Shown piece after piece: positions 11,769 through 24,949 of a stretch of DNA of 64,000 nt (the first letter of the stretch is position 1; each line of letters starts with the position of its first letter). The notes below the pieces were generated by a model. It made no database searches. It was given only the letters and a program-made list of their open reading frames with translations, and was not told the DNA's origin. Position numbers and translations under genes: made by a program. Source of the DNA: Priapulus caudatus (taxonomy: Eukaryota); NCBI RefSeq assembly GCF_000485595.1, contig NW_014577066.1, positions 600,076 through 664,075 on the forward strand, written 5' to 3'.

Positions 11769-12446
11769 GAGGGGGAGCGTGAAAAAGAGAGTGAGCGAGA
11801 AAGAGAGAGAATGTGTGTATGTGTTCGTATGCGTGTATGTTTGTGCGTACGTGTGTGTGATCCCGCACACAGTAAAGAGTGTCTACGCATTTGTGCATTG
11901 CCGCTAACACGCTCGCGCGTTGCAATAAGCCAGCCGCGTCTGGTATACGTGTAAATGTGCACCATCGGTGTATTTTACGGGACAAAAACTTACTAGTTCC
12001 ACTCTCGGCCGTTTTTACTGTAATAACGGCTGAATCGACCAATGAATTCGAATAGAGCGATCGAATTGTCCAAATTTAAATGTGTATGGTAATAGGGCAG
12101 TAAATTTGCCGAGCTCGTTCATTTACAGTTAGGGTGCGCACAGAACAGGAGAGGGTTACCGTAAACCGCAGGCGCGCGCGCTCACTCTCCATCTCTCTCT
12201 TCCCCCCTTCCTCTTCTCTCCCCCAGCCAGTGGCACTCCTTATAAACGTTCTGTTTAACTCTGTCATTTACTTGCATTCAGGTGTTTTACTGTATCGATG
12301 CACGGTGTGCCGGTATGACTCATTCTGCCGACCGAGTGTCTCACAAGCCGACATCGCACACGTTGGAAGCGTACGCAGCACCGACATCAGCTCTATAGCC
12401 ACCTATACAGCTGCTCTATATACGGCCTTCCTCTACTACAGCCACC

Positions 12447-13115
12447 ATGTCGCAGTCCGTCGGCAATGCGAATCTTTCGCGAAACAAGCGGGTCTCGTTG
12501 ACGGGCGAGGAGGGCGCTGCAAGCGAGAGGACGTCGTCGCCGCGGATTTCTATCTTCTCGCTGACAGCGAGGTACCGCGGGAAGAAGCACGACCGGCCGA
12601 CGACGCCGGCCTCATCGCCGGCGACCGCAGCGCTGCCGCGGCGACACTCCGACGACACGGACAGCCGACCAGTGAGCCCGTCAGCGACGACACTCGCGCG
12701 ACCGTTCTCCCTCCCCGTGTACCAGGGGGAGGGGGAGACGCTCGCCTCCGCGAGAAGTGCTTCGATTGCTTCCTCTCTTGACGAGGAGGAGACGCCGGTG
12801 AGAATGCGCGGCGTCCCGGGCAGGCTGCGACAGATGAACCTTTTCTCCTCGCGAAACAGGAGAACGTCTTCCTCTTCTCTGGAGGAGGTCGACGCTCTCG
12901 TCACGATGAGGGGCGTACCGGGGAGACGTCTGCAGCGCGCACAGGCGGCCGGCAGCAGCCCGCGGATAGAGAAGGTAGCGAGAGGAGGAGGAGGAGGGTC
13001 GGATCCCATAACAACGCCCGTGAGGCGGTTTGTTCATCTGAATCGACCTCTGGTGCAGGTCAAGTCTGCCTCCTCGTCGAGTTTCGTGGGTCGCGCTGAC
13101 AGCACCGCAATACTG
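12447..13115 (+). CDS. Coding exon 1 of a RhoGEF (DH-domain)-like gene; disordered Ser/Arg-rich N-terminus
   Basis: gccaccATG Kozak context at 12447, GC-rich open frame of 223 codons, donor gtacgt at 13116 (phase 0); candidate upstream acceptor ttcag at 12281. Confidence 0.75.
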
Positions 13116-13672
13116 GTACGTACGTGCGCACACGCGCGTGAGGAAGGCGAAGAATTGCGCCTTATCGCAAAAACTGAAAAAAATGGGATGGTTAGGATTG
13201 TTTTTTTGTTCACTTCTGATGCAAATAATACGCGTCATCGCAGGATACAGCTCTAAATTCAGTCCTATGATGCAAATGTAAACGCTATATAATAATGGCG
13301 TGTAATAGTAGATTGTGCGTGTATGCGTAGATGCACTACGCTGCGTTTTGTTTCGTATTCTTTTTGTTGTTCTGAATAATAATGCGTGAATGCAATAATT
13401 AGTAAGAATATTGCGTAATGGTTCGTACAGCAATAATAACATTAGCACGAGTTAATTATACTCTTAATTTTGTCTTTATTGCCGGTGTACGTGCGTGTAG
13501 AGTTTATCAGCTCACATTGTTACTTAATTTTTCTGCTGCTAGGAATACCGTGAATAGTCCAATTAACCTGCGTGCGGAGCGAATACTACTGAACACGGCG
13601 GGTTTAGTGTTGTATCGGCTCATCCGCTGATGGCGTTATTATTGATATTGATAATGGCTGATTATTAATCAG

Positions 13673-13871
13673 GATGGACTTGACATCTACCAGTCACAGT
13701 CCATGGTGGATCCGGCCCTGTCCGGAAGTAGCAGCGGCAGCGAGCTGTCCTACAGGAAGGGTAGCCAGCAGAGCGCCGAGGGGGAAAGCGGGGAAGAGCT
13801 GCTCTGTCCGGCAGTACCTCAGCCCGAGTACGGAAGCGTTCTCAGCGGGCTGGACATGACCATTGTCCAGG
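13673..13871 (+). CDS. Exon 2 of DH-domain gene (DGLDIYQSQSMVDP...SGLDMTIVQ)
   Basis: aatcag acceptor, open in phase 0, donor gtgagt at 13872 (phase 1). Confidence 0.75.
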
Positions 13872-14006
13872 GTGAGTGACCGCCAATGTGTCTGACTATC
13901 AGTAGCATGTATTGATCTGTCGGGACGGTACATCTCAGACATGCAGACAGACATGTAGGCACACTGGTACAAAGCACTGCCGTAGAAAGAATGCAAGTGG
14001 ACAGGA

Positions 14007-14061
<55 letters not shown>

Positions 14062-15017
14062 ATTAATGAAGGAACAAATCATATAAAACACGTATATATT
14101 GGAAAAACTGACATGAGGCATAGATTGGTTCTAGAAGGTACGTACGCGTCTCACGACTGCTTTGCTGCTTTACCACCTCTTAGATGCTTGTAATAATAAT
14201 TATGATACATCGTAAGGATGGTAAAACTACCGTTAAGCCGGACCATCTCACTCTATAACCTCACCTGTACAGGACTGGTCTGTCACATGCAAACACCCAG
14301 TCTCTGTCATTATGCTGGACAGCGGTAAGCTAATATCCAATTTAAGAAGGGGGCCTTTAGTCGGAGTCGGTAGAACTAAAGCAAGGGTTTTATTATGGAG
14401 CCGTATACAGTCATAACCGCTGAGTCACACTGCCCTTATGCAAAAACCGGGAATATATATCCAAAGTACATATTGGCTTTATATACGTGTAGATATAGAT
14501 GTGTGTATATACTTGTATATGTGCCTTGGCTTATGCTAACACCATCCGAATACTGTTTGCAAGTAATTCATTCCTGTAGAGCTAAATAAATTCAGTAACC
14601 AACCATGCATATATAGGCACCGTACGTTACACATGCATACAGGAAGGTATCGCAATTCCACATATGCGCCTGTCATTGTTGAAATATAGAGCCGGTTTCT
14701 TGTGCGTTACATGAATGTGCTTGGCACGGCCGTATGTAGGTTGCTAGAGAAACACTAGGAACGTAACGTGACAGATAAACAGATGCTAAACAAATACGGT
14801 GTATATCTATATTTCAGTTGCTATGCACCTATGTATATCCCCTATGCCCGGCCAAACCGCCCAAGTGATCTGGATGCAATTTTCATAGGCCAATTTCCTA
14901 TACCCGGGAAGTGTTCCAAGACAAAAAAATAAAAATAAAATTTAAAAAGTTAAAAATTGATGGCGGTGCGTACAGATTAACATGACATATGTGTGAATCC
15001 ATGTTGTATACCCTTTA

Positions 15018-15082
15018 TTGCCTAATCGCTAGAACATCCGTCCTCTACGCCGGGATTCCGGGTTCGAATCCCACCTCGGGAA
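15018..15082 (+). mobile_element. tRNA-derived SINE head (tentative)
   Basis: Perfect B box GGTTCGAATCCC at 15061 and a degenerate A-box-like segment ~40 nt upstream; no acceptor stem. Confidence 0.4.
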
Positions 15083-15568
15083 ATACTTTGTTTCTTTACT
15101 TTTGGATTGTTTAGTATGTACTTCTGGTATCCCGGTAGTGGTTTATAATAGATCTTTCTATATACAGAGTCGCGGTGCCAGTCTAAAGCGCGTGTTACCT
15201 ATGTAAATTCTCTCGCGCGTTGCATGCATAATGTGGCCGCAAGACTTCCGAGGTGTCATGCTGCGGCGAGGGGGCAAAGGTTGATGTTGTCGTGACGCTG
15301 AAGCTGAGGGGCATGTATGCATGCATACGTGCTGCCTGCCGAGTGTCAATGCTATATGCATAGCGCGCGTGGCAGTCGGAATAAAGAAGGCGAGCGTAAA
15401 AACGTTGTGTATCGGTTAGCACCAGGACCGTATCGGTTCTGTCTGCGCTAACGTTGATCGATTAACGGCGTCAGAAATAGACACGCGGAGAGAAGGTAGG
15501 TGGACAAGCGAGCAGTAATGATATACCTGCGTGCGTACTGTGTGTACGAGAGGGAACTGAACGAAGAG

Positions 15569-15620
<52 letters not shown>

Positions 15621-15624
15621 TCAT

Positions 15625-16070
15625 CCACATGCGTATAGCCACGAGTATATATATATATATATATATATACGCGTTTACAGCGGTGAGCAGTCATCTACAT
15701 GCGTATAGCTACGATTATATATATATACGCGTTTACAGCAGTGAGCAGTCATCTACATGCGTATAGCTACGATTATATATATATACGCGTTTACAGCAGT
15801 GAGCAGTCATCTACATGCGTATAGCTACGAGTATATATATATACGCGTTTACAGCAGTGAGCAGTCATCTACATGCGTATAGCTACGAGTATATGCATGC
15901 ATACTGTGTGCATAAGATCAGGAGCGTATAATGACAAACGTATAGCTACGATTATATATATATATATATATACGCGTTTACAGCAGTGAGCAGTCATCTA
16001 CATGCGTATAGCTACGAGTATATGCATGCATACTGTGTGCATAAGATCAGGAGCGTATAATGACAAATAT
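15625..16070. repeat. 58-bp tandem repeat (5 copies) plus a 129-bp duplication
   Basis: cgcgtttacag at 15670, 15728, 15786, 15844, 15973. Confidence 0.9.
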
Positions 16071-16089
16071 TTGTCATTATACGCTCCCG
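16048..16089. mobile_element. Hairpin remnant (P-like excision footprint), CAGGAGCGTATAAT arms
   Basis: 21-bp arms with one mismatch, flanked by 7-bp direct repeat ATAAGAT. Confidence 0.7.
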
Positions 16090-16101
16090 ATAAGATCGTA
16101 T

Positions 16102-16141
16102 CAAGAGTAGATAATAACACATGTGTTATTATCTACTCTTG
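16102..16141. mobile_element. Hairpin remnant (P-like excision footprint), CAAGAGTAGATAAT arms
   Basis: 40-bp perfect palindrome flanked by 7-bp direct repeat ATCGTAT. Confidence 0.7.
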
Positions 16142-17284
16142 ATCGTATGTATGCATGCCCTTTCTGGCTAGCTGGTTGCCTACGCATATCATCCTCGCGC
16201 GTGCATGCATATCTGTTTACTACTCGCATCGCAGGCATACATTCTTATTTTATACATCCCATATTCATGAATCATAGCACGAACTTATTATCACGAGCTA
16301 ATTACATAACACGAACTTAGTTATCATAGCACCGTTTCCTGCCGATGGAAAGACTTCTGATAGTGTTTCGCTATGGCAGGTCTCTGTGCGCTTTTCCTTA
16401 ACAGGATGTTTGTTCAAACCATAAACAGTCGCTCGAGATACACGCAAGTATCGTATAGGCATGTTTGCCTTCCTGTGCGCTGTATAACAACGCGAACAAT
16501 GTAACTTAACGTTACAGGAGGTACCTCATATAACCGTGTAACAGTGATATCAAGAACCCATAAACTAGATATATATATATATGCCTATATATTGTTTAAG
16601 GCCCCTTAGGAATACGACTCGGTAAGGTTTCGCTGCATGAGAGGTTAGTAAGATGTAGGAATACACACAGCTTTAAGCATAAAGTTTCTTTATGGTCCAG
16701 AAAGTTTACTGCGTGGTGTCGCAAACGTCGATCGTAAATTCATCGTGAAGTGGCGACTGATCTGTGTTTAAACTGTTCGTTTGTTTATTATATATAATAT
16801 ATATATAGTTACAAGCATGACCCTGTTTAAATTCAGGTTACTAAATCAATCACTGATAACGCTAAGAAGGTTGACCCAGCATTGAGCCCAGGAGGTGCAT
16901 ATTGGCTTTGCTTTGGGGGTGAGGGTAGCTCCGCCACGCGACGAGGGGTATAGAGAGTTAGCCCCGTACAGGTGCCTGTACTTCAATCGTTGACCTTCAT
17001 TAAGGTCAGCTATCATTATTAAGCTCTATGGAGCTCGTGTCGCGAGGCTGCGCGTTGTTGGCCTCCCTGCATCACCGCGCGTGCAGTCGATAATATACGA
17101 TTTTCACTATCGTTTCGTTTTAACAACTCGGGTTGCTTCAATGTCTACTATTCCTTTCCTATATCTTTTTTTAGAATATCATAGAGTCTTGACCATTTTT
17201 GGTTTTGATTAATTAATGCTGATTATTTCAAGCAGTTACCGCATGCAGTGTGTGTGCTATTTTCTTTTCGCCTCGGTGTGACAG

Positions 17285-17381
17285 ATGGCAGGAGTGTGGT
17301 GCTAAGCAGATTCGTTCGCTCTGAGACGCCGCACCTACTCATGATGAGAGACTGTGTGAGGCTGTACGAGGCCGCCTTCAG
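17285..17381 (+). CDS. Exon 3 of DH-domain gene; start of DH domain (DGRSVVLSRFVRSETPHLLMMRDCVRLYEAAFR)
   Basis: Pyrimidine tract plus acag acceptor, phase 1 in and 2 out, donor gtaaat; resembles DH conserved region 1 (RxxVLxExxxSExxYLxxL). Confidence 0.8.
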
Positions 17382-18640
17382 GTAAATTGCAGACGTAGGC
17401 ATCGCTCGAATTGCCGATCACTGGCCCCCTCGTTCGGCAACCGTGTGTGTGTGTGTGTGTGTGCGCGTGCATGCGTGCGTACGTGCCCGTACGCGCGTGC
17501 GTTCATGCCCAGCCTATCCTTGTTTTGCGCAATATAGAATCTTCTATTGGTGATTCACTGATAACAGGGTGTACCCTTGAGAATTTTATACTTGAATTCA
17601 CTGATAGCAGAGTGTGCACTAATTTAGCACTACCTTCCTTACAATATCGGTAGTGAAATTTGTAAGGACGTCGTTCTGGCATGGGATAGTACGGTGTTTG
17701 TGGTGTATTTGTACACCGTGTGTATAGTCCGTCACCTATAATTCATAGACTACAATCAAGACGATTGCGTGGCGCGAGCCATTTTCTTTATTATCCAAGC
17801 GGTTTGCGTTATTGTTGAAAGAAGGATAAATAAAGCAATAGAACGATTCAAAGAAATAGAACTGCGCTAGGGCGATTGTTAATTTACGTGGTGTGCTAAA
17901 TAACAGTAGTTAGGGGCATTGGACCTAAAACATTAGTTTATACCACAATGTGTTAAAATGTGATAAATGTGTTAGATCGCTATGAGCACCAGAGCCATGG
18001 CGGCCACAATAAATCACGACTCGGTTGTCACTTTACCGGCTTTTGTCATGACTCCTCTGTTTGCAGTCACTCCTCGGCTGACGGCATTTGCCGGAGGATA
18101 CGAATAAGCGAAATGGTGGTGGGGTACGTGACAGCTAGCCATGTTGAGCACACTTACACGCGGCTTTCACAAATGCCACTGCGATGACAGTATATGTGTC
18201 AATAAAAACATCAGATGCATAGGTGAATGGGTGCAGTCCTCATGCGTGGTAGCCGGACGTTGTCAACGCAACGCATGTGCTCGATAGCCAACGTGGACCG
18301 AACTTATCTCAGTCGTCGGTGGTCTTTGTCAACATTTGCCAGGACGGGTGTTGCGGTACACGGTGCACACTGATAGCCACTACTGGCGCCAAGAGCGTAT
18401 GCATTGATAAACAGATCAGCGACAGTGGTCAGTGATATGAATGTGGACCGTATAAATACCATAAGCGCCCCCGTTTGGCCTGACACATACGCGCGGGTTT
18501 ATGAGTCCCGCTGCCGAATATAGCGACTATATCGTCCGCAGTTAATCCTCATTCACCTGTTTGGTCCAATATTGACTGATGCTTCCCGTGTGAGCGCCAA
18601 TGTTGATTCTCTACAGTCATATACAGAGAGGGAGAGCGAG

Positions 18641-18782
<142 letters not shown>

Positions 18783-18792
18783 NNNNNNNNNN

Positions 18793-18872
<80 letters not shown>

Positions 18873-19736
18873 CAGATATGAATAAATCAATATAATCGAC
18901 GTTGATTTCTTCGTTATTTTATATGCCCTGCATAGGTCAAGATTCACGCACTCATATATAATAGTTCCCATATCTAAGAATGTACAGCAAACTGTGCGAC
19001 TGATCCACTTAGTTGGTATCTGTTTACGCGTGACTCTAGCCTACTGCTCTCCTTTGCCACAGCCACTTGGAACTTATCGGAGAGTAAATTCACACGACTA
19101 CTAAATAAGCGCAAATCACGTGTTCACGTACTATATGTCACATAATAATTATCCTTCTCTAAAAGAAATGAAACACGCCTCCTATATAGCGTAGTCTAAA
19201 TCGCGTGCGTTCTTGGATGCTGAACGCTATGTTACCCGGCCTGTTTATCTTTATGACGGGCGAGCACCGATATTCTAATATTCAGCGAATACTGAAAAGG
19301 TAAAATCGTGGGAGTGGTTCCTTGAAACTACATATCGTCACTCTGTTAATTGAAACGGGACTCTGCGAGTTCGTTTGTCAAACTAGTTGACCGATAGTTA
19401 AATCATAATACTGTTTTGCTCACAATTTTTCTCTTAACGATCTGTACCTGATGTCCCTATAGTCGTAATAAATGAGCGTTGCACGTCGTAGAACTTACGC
19501 AGTATATATGCCACTAGGCGGGGAACGTAGGATCTGTCAGTGCAGTGACAGTCGTTATTTGGAAAAGAATAGAAGAACAAACGGGAGAAGCATTTTAAAA
19601 CGAGAAGAGCCGCTGGGTAAAGTCCGGGTATGCGTGCTCGTTAGGGGCGCAATACAGAGAAAATGTTACTGTTTGTGTGCGGGGTTTGTTACATATTTTC
19701 TCCAATCTAAGTTATCTTTAAAAATGCATGTTGCAG

Positions 19737-19830
19737 GAATTCGAAAGCTTACTACATGTACGAGTCGGATCTGGATTGCCTGCTGCCCTTGTCTAACCTC
19801 TGTGACAACCTTGAGGCCGCTCTCAAAAAG
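19737..19830 (+). CDS. Exon 4 of DH-domain gene (NSKAYYMYESDLDCLLPLSNLCDNLEAALKK)
   Basis: ttgcag acceptor, phase 2 in and 0 out, donor gtatgg. Confidence 0.75.
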
Positions 19831-20204
19831 GTATGGACGCTTTTCTGCGTAGTTACATGCTCATGTAAATTGTGTGTAACTCACTACCTTAGTTAATCGT
19901 TTCTAATACTGAATCCACACTTACTGTATTGAATTTCACTTATGCACATTACACTGTATTGTGATGCGTCTCAACGCAGTGCGTTACTCTCTGTTACTCA
20001 ATGTATATATTACGTTGAATTTGTCTGCACCCGCCATATTAAATATTGCACAAATTTTGTCAACCCATTTCTGGAATCTCCGTATCACGATCTGGTCGCG
20101 CTCAGGTTTAAAACGAATCGTATTTCACCATTTGAGTCTGATTGCACGTGCCCCACATTGCAAAATCTTGGCAGCAGAGACGTTTTCGTAGATAAGCATG
20201 ACAT

Positions 20205-20256
20205 CAGGAGTAGATAATAGAAGACAGTAGATAAGATCTTCTATTATTTACTCCTG
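20205..20256. mobile_element. Hairpin remnant (P-like excision footprint) with templated filler
   Basis: 20-bp arms CAGGAGTAGATAATAGAAGA (one mismatch); the 12-nt loop copies AGTAGATAA from the arm; 7-bp direct repeat ATGACAT. Confidence 0.7.
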
Positions 20257-21812
20257 ATGACATTATGGCGGCGAATGCTGTGCGGGCCATATATCGTCGC
20301 TGCGCCCGCGCAAGGTCGCCTGCCATGCTCGAATATATACGAGCGGAATGACAGCCCATGAGGTCATAGCGTAGCTCTGATAATTTAGCGATGACTTGCG
20401 GTACTACATAGCCGCTCGCATGCCATTTATTATTGTCACAACTCCGCCCGGTAGAAGACCTGTCGGTTGTCGCCCCCACTCGCTAGACATTGCGCAGTAG
20501 AGAGCGCACACTGGGTCTAACTCGTCACTACTCGGCTGGTTACGCGCTTTCAATAAACCAGGCGTGTACATGACTATGAAGATGTCCGTACACTATATAG
20601 ATATGTTCAAGATATAACGGAGGTCGGTATGGCCTGAATTACTTGGATTAACGCTAGAGCGACACATTCCTGTGAGAAATGGCCCTGAAAATGATACCGG
20701 TGAAAAATTAAAAAATAAACCGATTGCTGATTGGTTCCAGTAATGGCGTCTTCCCGCCACTCCTCCCGCTCTAGCTCCTTTTCACGCACTCCTCACACCA
20801 CCTCTCTGTTTCTGTTCCATCTCGCCTCGTTCCTTAACTCCTGCGTTTTCTCGTACCATCTTTATATTTAGTCCACTCATTCACACATTTCAGCTAGTCG
20901 GAACTTGACCCACCGTCCACTTTACTACCCGATCTGTCCTGCGCCGATTTCTCCCCTCCTCCCTTCTCTGGTTTGCCTTGCCCGTGTTTTTTCTTTAATC
21001 CTGGCCAATGCACAATCGCCGAGCATTTACACCTTGTCGTGAAAATATACGATCCACATCGAGATAACGATGCAGCTTGTGAAGCTATTTTAAAGATAAA
21101 TGGCTGATGCCTGCTCACGTTATGTGTCACACGACGGGTGGACGTTTGAGTGAAGCGGTGACATGGTTAAATGAGGCTATAGCAAGGATCCGCCTATAGA
21201 GAGTCAGTGTTCCTCACGCACCAGTTGCTAGCGTCAATGTAGCAACTCCGTAAACCCACTTACCTGCATTTCACTGCCGCTAGAAATTTGAGAAACTAGA
21301 CTTCGAAATTAATGTCAGGTTACGTTAAAAATACGACCACCCGCAGAGGTCAGCTTACGTTGCGGTACGACGCTCGTTACAAGGTTACAATACAACGTGA
21401 ATGAATAGAAGAATGTTGGGGTGTGTGATGGAGGGAGAGCGAGACGGGGAGAAAGTCGGAGAGAGAGAAAAGAGAGATTGAGGAAGTGAGAGAGAAATAG
21501 GGAGAGAGATAACTCATGAATTCGGGTTAAAGGGTCTGGGGTTTAAATCCATCCTCGGCACCTTCTTGTAGATTTCATAATCAGCATGCCGGACCGTTCC
21601 CAAACAGGTTTCTCTGCTGCTGAAGGAGACATCCTAGCTCTAGCGTTCCTAATAATCATGTGCTAGGCTTTCATGGCCCGTCGTTGCATTGTGAAACCGA
21701 GATGCGTTACGTATACACACTCGATATCGTACACACCAAATGTACGTATATATATATATACGTATTTAACTACATTATTCACAATGCAGTTTAGTAAGTA
21801 AAGTAATGTGAG

Positions 21813-24185
21813 TGTAATATTATAATAGCAGAAGAGCGCCATTAGGAAAGAACAACAGAATTTATTCGCATCTGATTGGTTGATATTACATTAGAGTTAT
21901 CCGGGTACTTATGACATCTCCCTTTTTTCTTTTTTTCTTTTTTTAAAGACAGTTGAATAGAACAATTGAACTCGAGCAGCAAAACTATTCAGTAATAAAC
22001 TTGACTGGCAAATTATCGATTAGATATGGAATTGTCAATTATAATCAAGTACCCAATATTTTACCAACATCTAATTGTACCATGTATAACTATGTTTGCA
22101 AGACTGAATTGTTGAGAACAATAAAATTCTGGATTGGATCAAAATGCAATTTGAAATCATCAATTATCATTCAACTTTGAACACTAACAGACAAACTCTG
22201 CAGCAGGGCTAGAAGTTGCTAGCACATAGCCCACTGTTGGAACTGGTCTTTACCACCAGTTCAATCACACAGAACCGAATCACGATTTGACGTAGTCTTT
22301 GTAACGACTTAATGGGTTCCCTGATGATTCTCCCGGAACGACTAGTGTAGGTAGTGCTCTGCCGTGCCGGTTCAGTACGTTCGGCATGTGCTGGGAGCTC
22401 ATGGTGCTCCATCGAACTTCCTGCTGTCGGGATTTCACCGAGTTCCGGACCTGTTATCACAGGTTTCGGTTCGCATGTCCTCCGTAAGTGTTTTCTGTTT
22501 CTCCTGTAAAAACGTCCGTTGGGTGTTTGTACTGCGTAGGACCTTGGCGCCGTGTGTTCCTGTTGTACTACAGCTGGTTTCCAAGTTTTCTGGGTCCTGA
22601 TCCTGACGGTATCACCAGTCTGTAGCTCTGGTAACGGTTTTGCATGCTTGTTATATAGGCGTGCCTGCTCATTCTGTCTCATTTTGAGCTGCCCACATGC
22701 ATCCTTTGCAATTCTTGGCATCAGCGATGTACTTTTTGCTGGTAATCTTGATCGAAGTGTCCTGCTCATCAGCAGTTGAGCGGGAGAGTAATTTATTCCA
22801 GCAATGGGTGCATTTCGGTATTCGAGTAACGCGATGTATGGGTCACTCGCTTCCTCGGCTGACTTTCTAAGGATGTTCTTCAGTGTTTTTACAGCCCGTT
22901 CATTGAGTCCGTTTAATTGAGGTAGGTTGGGCTTGAGGTACATAGTTCAATATCCCATTTCCTAGCAAAGTCTTTGAACTCACTGAGGGAGCTAAACGGT
23001 TGATTGTCAGATACAATAGTTTCCGGTATCCCGTGCCTCGCGAGGATGGACTTGAGATGCGTGATCACCTCACTCGCGGTTTCTCTCTCGAGTAGTCTAC
23101 TACAACAAGATAGTCTTTTGCCCCATACTCAAACAAGTCCATACCGAGTTTTTTCCACGGCCTGTCTGTCATCATGTGGAATTAGCGGTTCCTTCTGCTG
23201 TCTCTTCTTGAAACGGTTGCACGTTTTGCATCTTGCTATAAAATCTTTGATTGCTGATGACATTCCAGGCCAGTAGATGGTGTTACGTGCCCTGGTCTTG
23301 CATTTTTCTATCCCGAGGTGACACTCATGCACAGTGTTGAGCATTTCCTTGCACATTTCTCGAGGCATTATGAGTCTTTTCCCATAGAATAGCAGTCCTC
23401 CTGCCTCGTACACCTCGTCACGTATATTCCAATATGGTCGCGTGGCGAGAAGTGCTTGGGACTTCTCTGCCGGCCATCCAGCATGAATTGTGGACCCGAG
23501 TTCCCGAAGTTCCGGGTCTCTCGCGGTTTCATGCTTGAGTTGCTCACGCTTCTGCTCACACACGGATAGGTTTTCCACAAATGAGTGAACTTGAACGTTC
23601 ATTTCCTCATCGAGTTCACTGTCCTCATCATTATCTCTATCCAGGTATGCTCGTGACAGCGTGTCGGCGATGTACATGTATTTGCCGGGTACGTAGGTGA
23701 TACTGATCTGATATCGCTGCAGTCTCAACAGCATTCTTTGCAAACGCGGTGACACTTTCGCGAGGGGTTTCTTGATAATTCATGTGAGCGGCTTGTGATC
23801 GGATTGCACTTCCACCTGCCTCCCGTAGACGTATTGGTGAAATTTCTCACAGGCAAACACTATTGCCAGTAACTCTTTTTTAATTTGAGCGTAGTTACAC
23901 TCTGCTGCCGTCAGTGACCTAGACACATAGGCTACTGGACCGTCCTGCAGCAGACATGCACCAAGCCCATTCTGTGATGCATCGGCTTGAATTTTCAGTT
24001 TTTTTCTGACCATAGTAGTGCAGTACGGGTGCGCTGGTCAACTCGCCTTTGATGGCTTGAAGGGCTTTCTCATGTATCGCGTCCCACACCCATGCATTAT
24101 CGTTCTTGGGCAGATCTCTGAGCGGTGCCGTGATTTCGGCCATGTTCGGAATATACTTCGCGAGGTAGTTGACCATTCCTGAGTC
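21813..24185 (-). mobile_element. Decayed, 5'-truncated Ty3/Gypsy LTR retrotransposon (RT connection, RNase H, integrase, PPT, candidate short 3' LTR)
   Basis: Frameshifted minus-strand ORFs: GMVNYLAKYIPN (RT thumb), ADASQNGLGACL...YAQIKKELLAIVFACEKFHQYVYG...SDHKPL (RNase H), SPRLQRMLLRLQRY..YVPGK, HECHLG...CKTC (integrase HHCC), NGLNERAVKTLK (integrase core). Polypurine tract aaaaaagggaga directly followed by TGTCAT at 21916. Confidence 0.93.
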
Positions 24186-24696
24186 CAGGTCCATTCAGTG
24201 AGATCGTTAATGGATTTCTGCACAATGGGATCGGATTGCTATCGCGAATCGCCTATTGTGGATCGAACATCTCATTGTTCGGCGCATGGCAATAATAAGC
24301 AGCGTATTCTCGCATTAGGCCAATGAAGAATTTAGATATGTGGGCATGGCTTATCTTTTTTTCTCTCCACGAAACGAGTCGCGAGAAGAGGGGAAGATTC
24401 GTCAAGGCTAAATGCAAGTGCTCGGATTGGCCGTTAAAATAACGCAGCTGTTTTGCTGAGTATACTCCATGTCTCGCTACTATGATCGGCAACAGCAGAA
24501 ACGTAGTTAACATATACGTACTTGGAGATGGAAATCTATAGCGCGCTTGTACACATTGTTACTCGCACAGTAAGCTCTCCTCATCTTGGAAATGTTCCAC
24601 TAGTTCGTGTTAATCAATTTCTTTAGAATTATACCATTGGCAGATTGGATTACACATGCGTACGTGCATGTGTGCATGTGTGCGTGCGTGCGTGTG

Positions 24697-24740
<44 letters not shown>

Positions 24741-24769
24741 TACGCGCGCGCGCGCGCGCGTGCGTGTGC

Positions 24770-24812
<43 letters not shown>

Positions 24813-24881
24813 TGTGTGTGTATATATANNNNNNNNNNTGTGTGTGTGTGTGTGTGTGTGTGTGTGTTGTGTGTGTGTGTG

Positions 24882-24949
<68 letters not shown>

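Noticed and set aside
12134..13448. Overlapping alternative-frame and antisense ORFs
   Set aside because: Shadows of the GC-rich coding exon 12447-13115.
15018..15082. tRNA gene
   Set aside because: A B box is present but no cloverleaf or acceptor stem; treated as a SINE-like fragment.
16966..16981. Tiny hairpin gtacaggtgcctgtac as a footprint of the CACAGG MITE
   Set aside because: Too short and no TSD.
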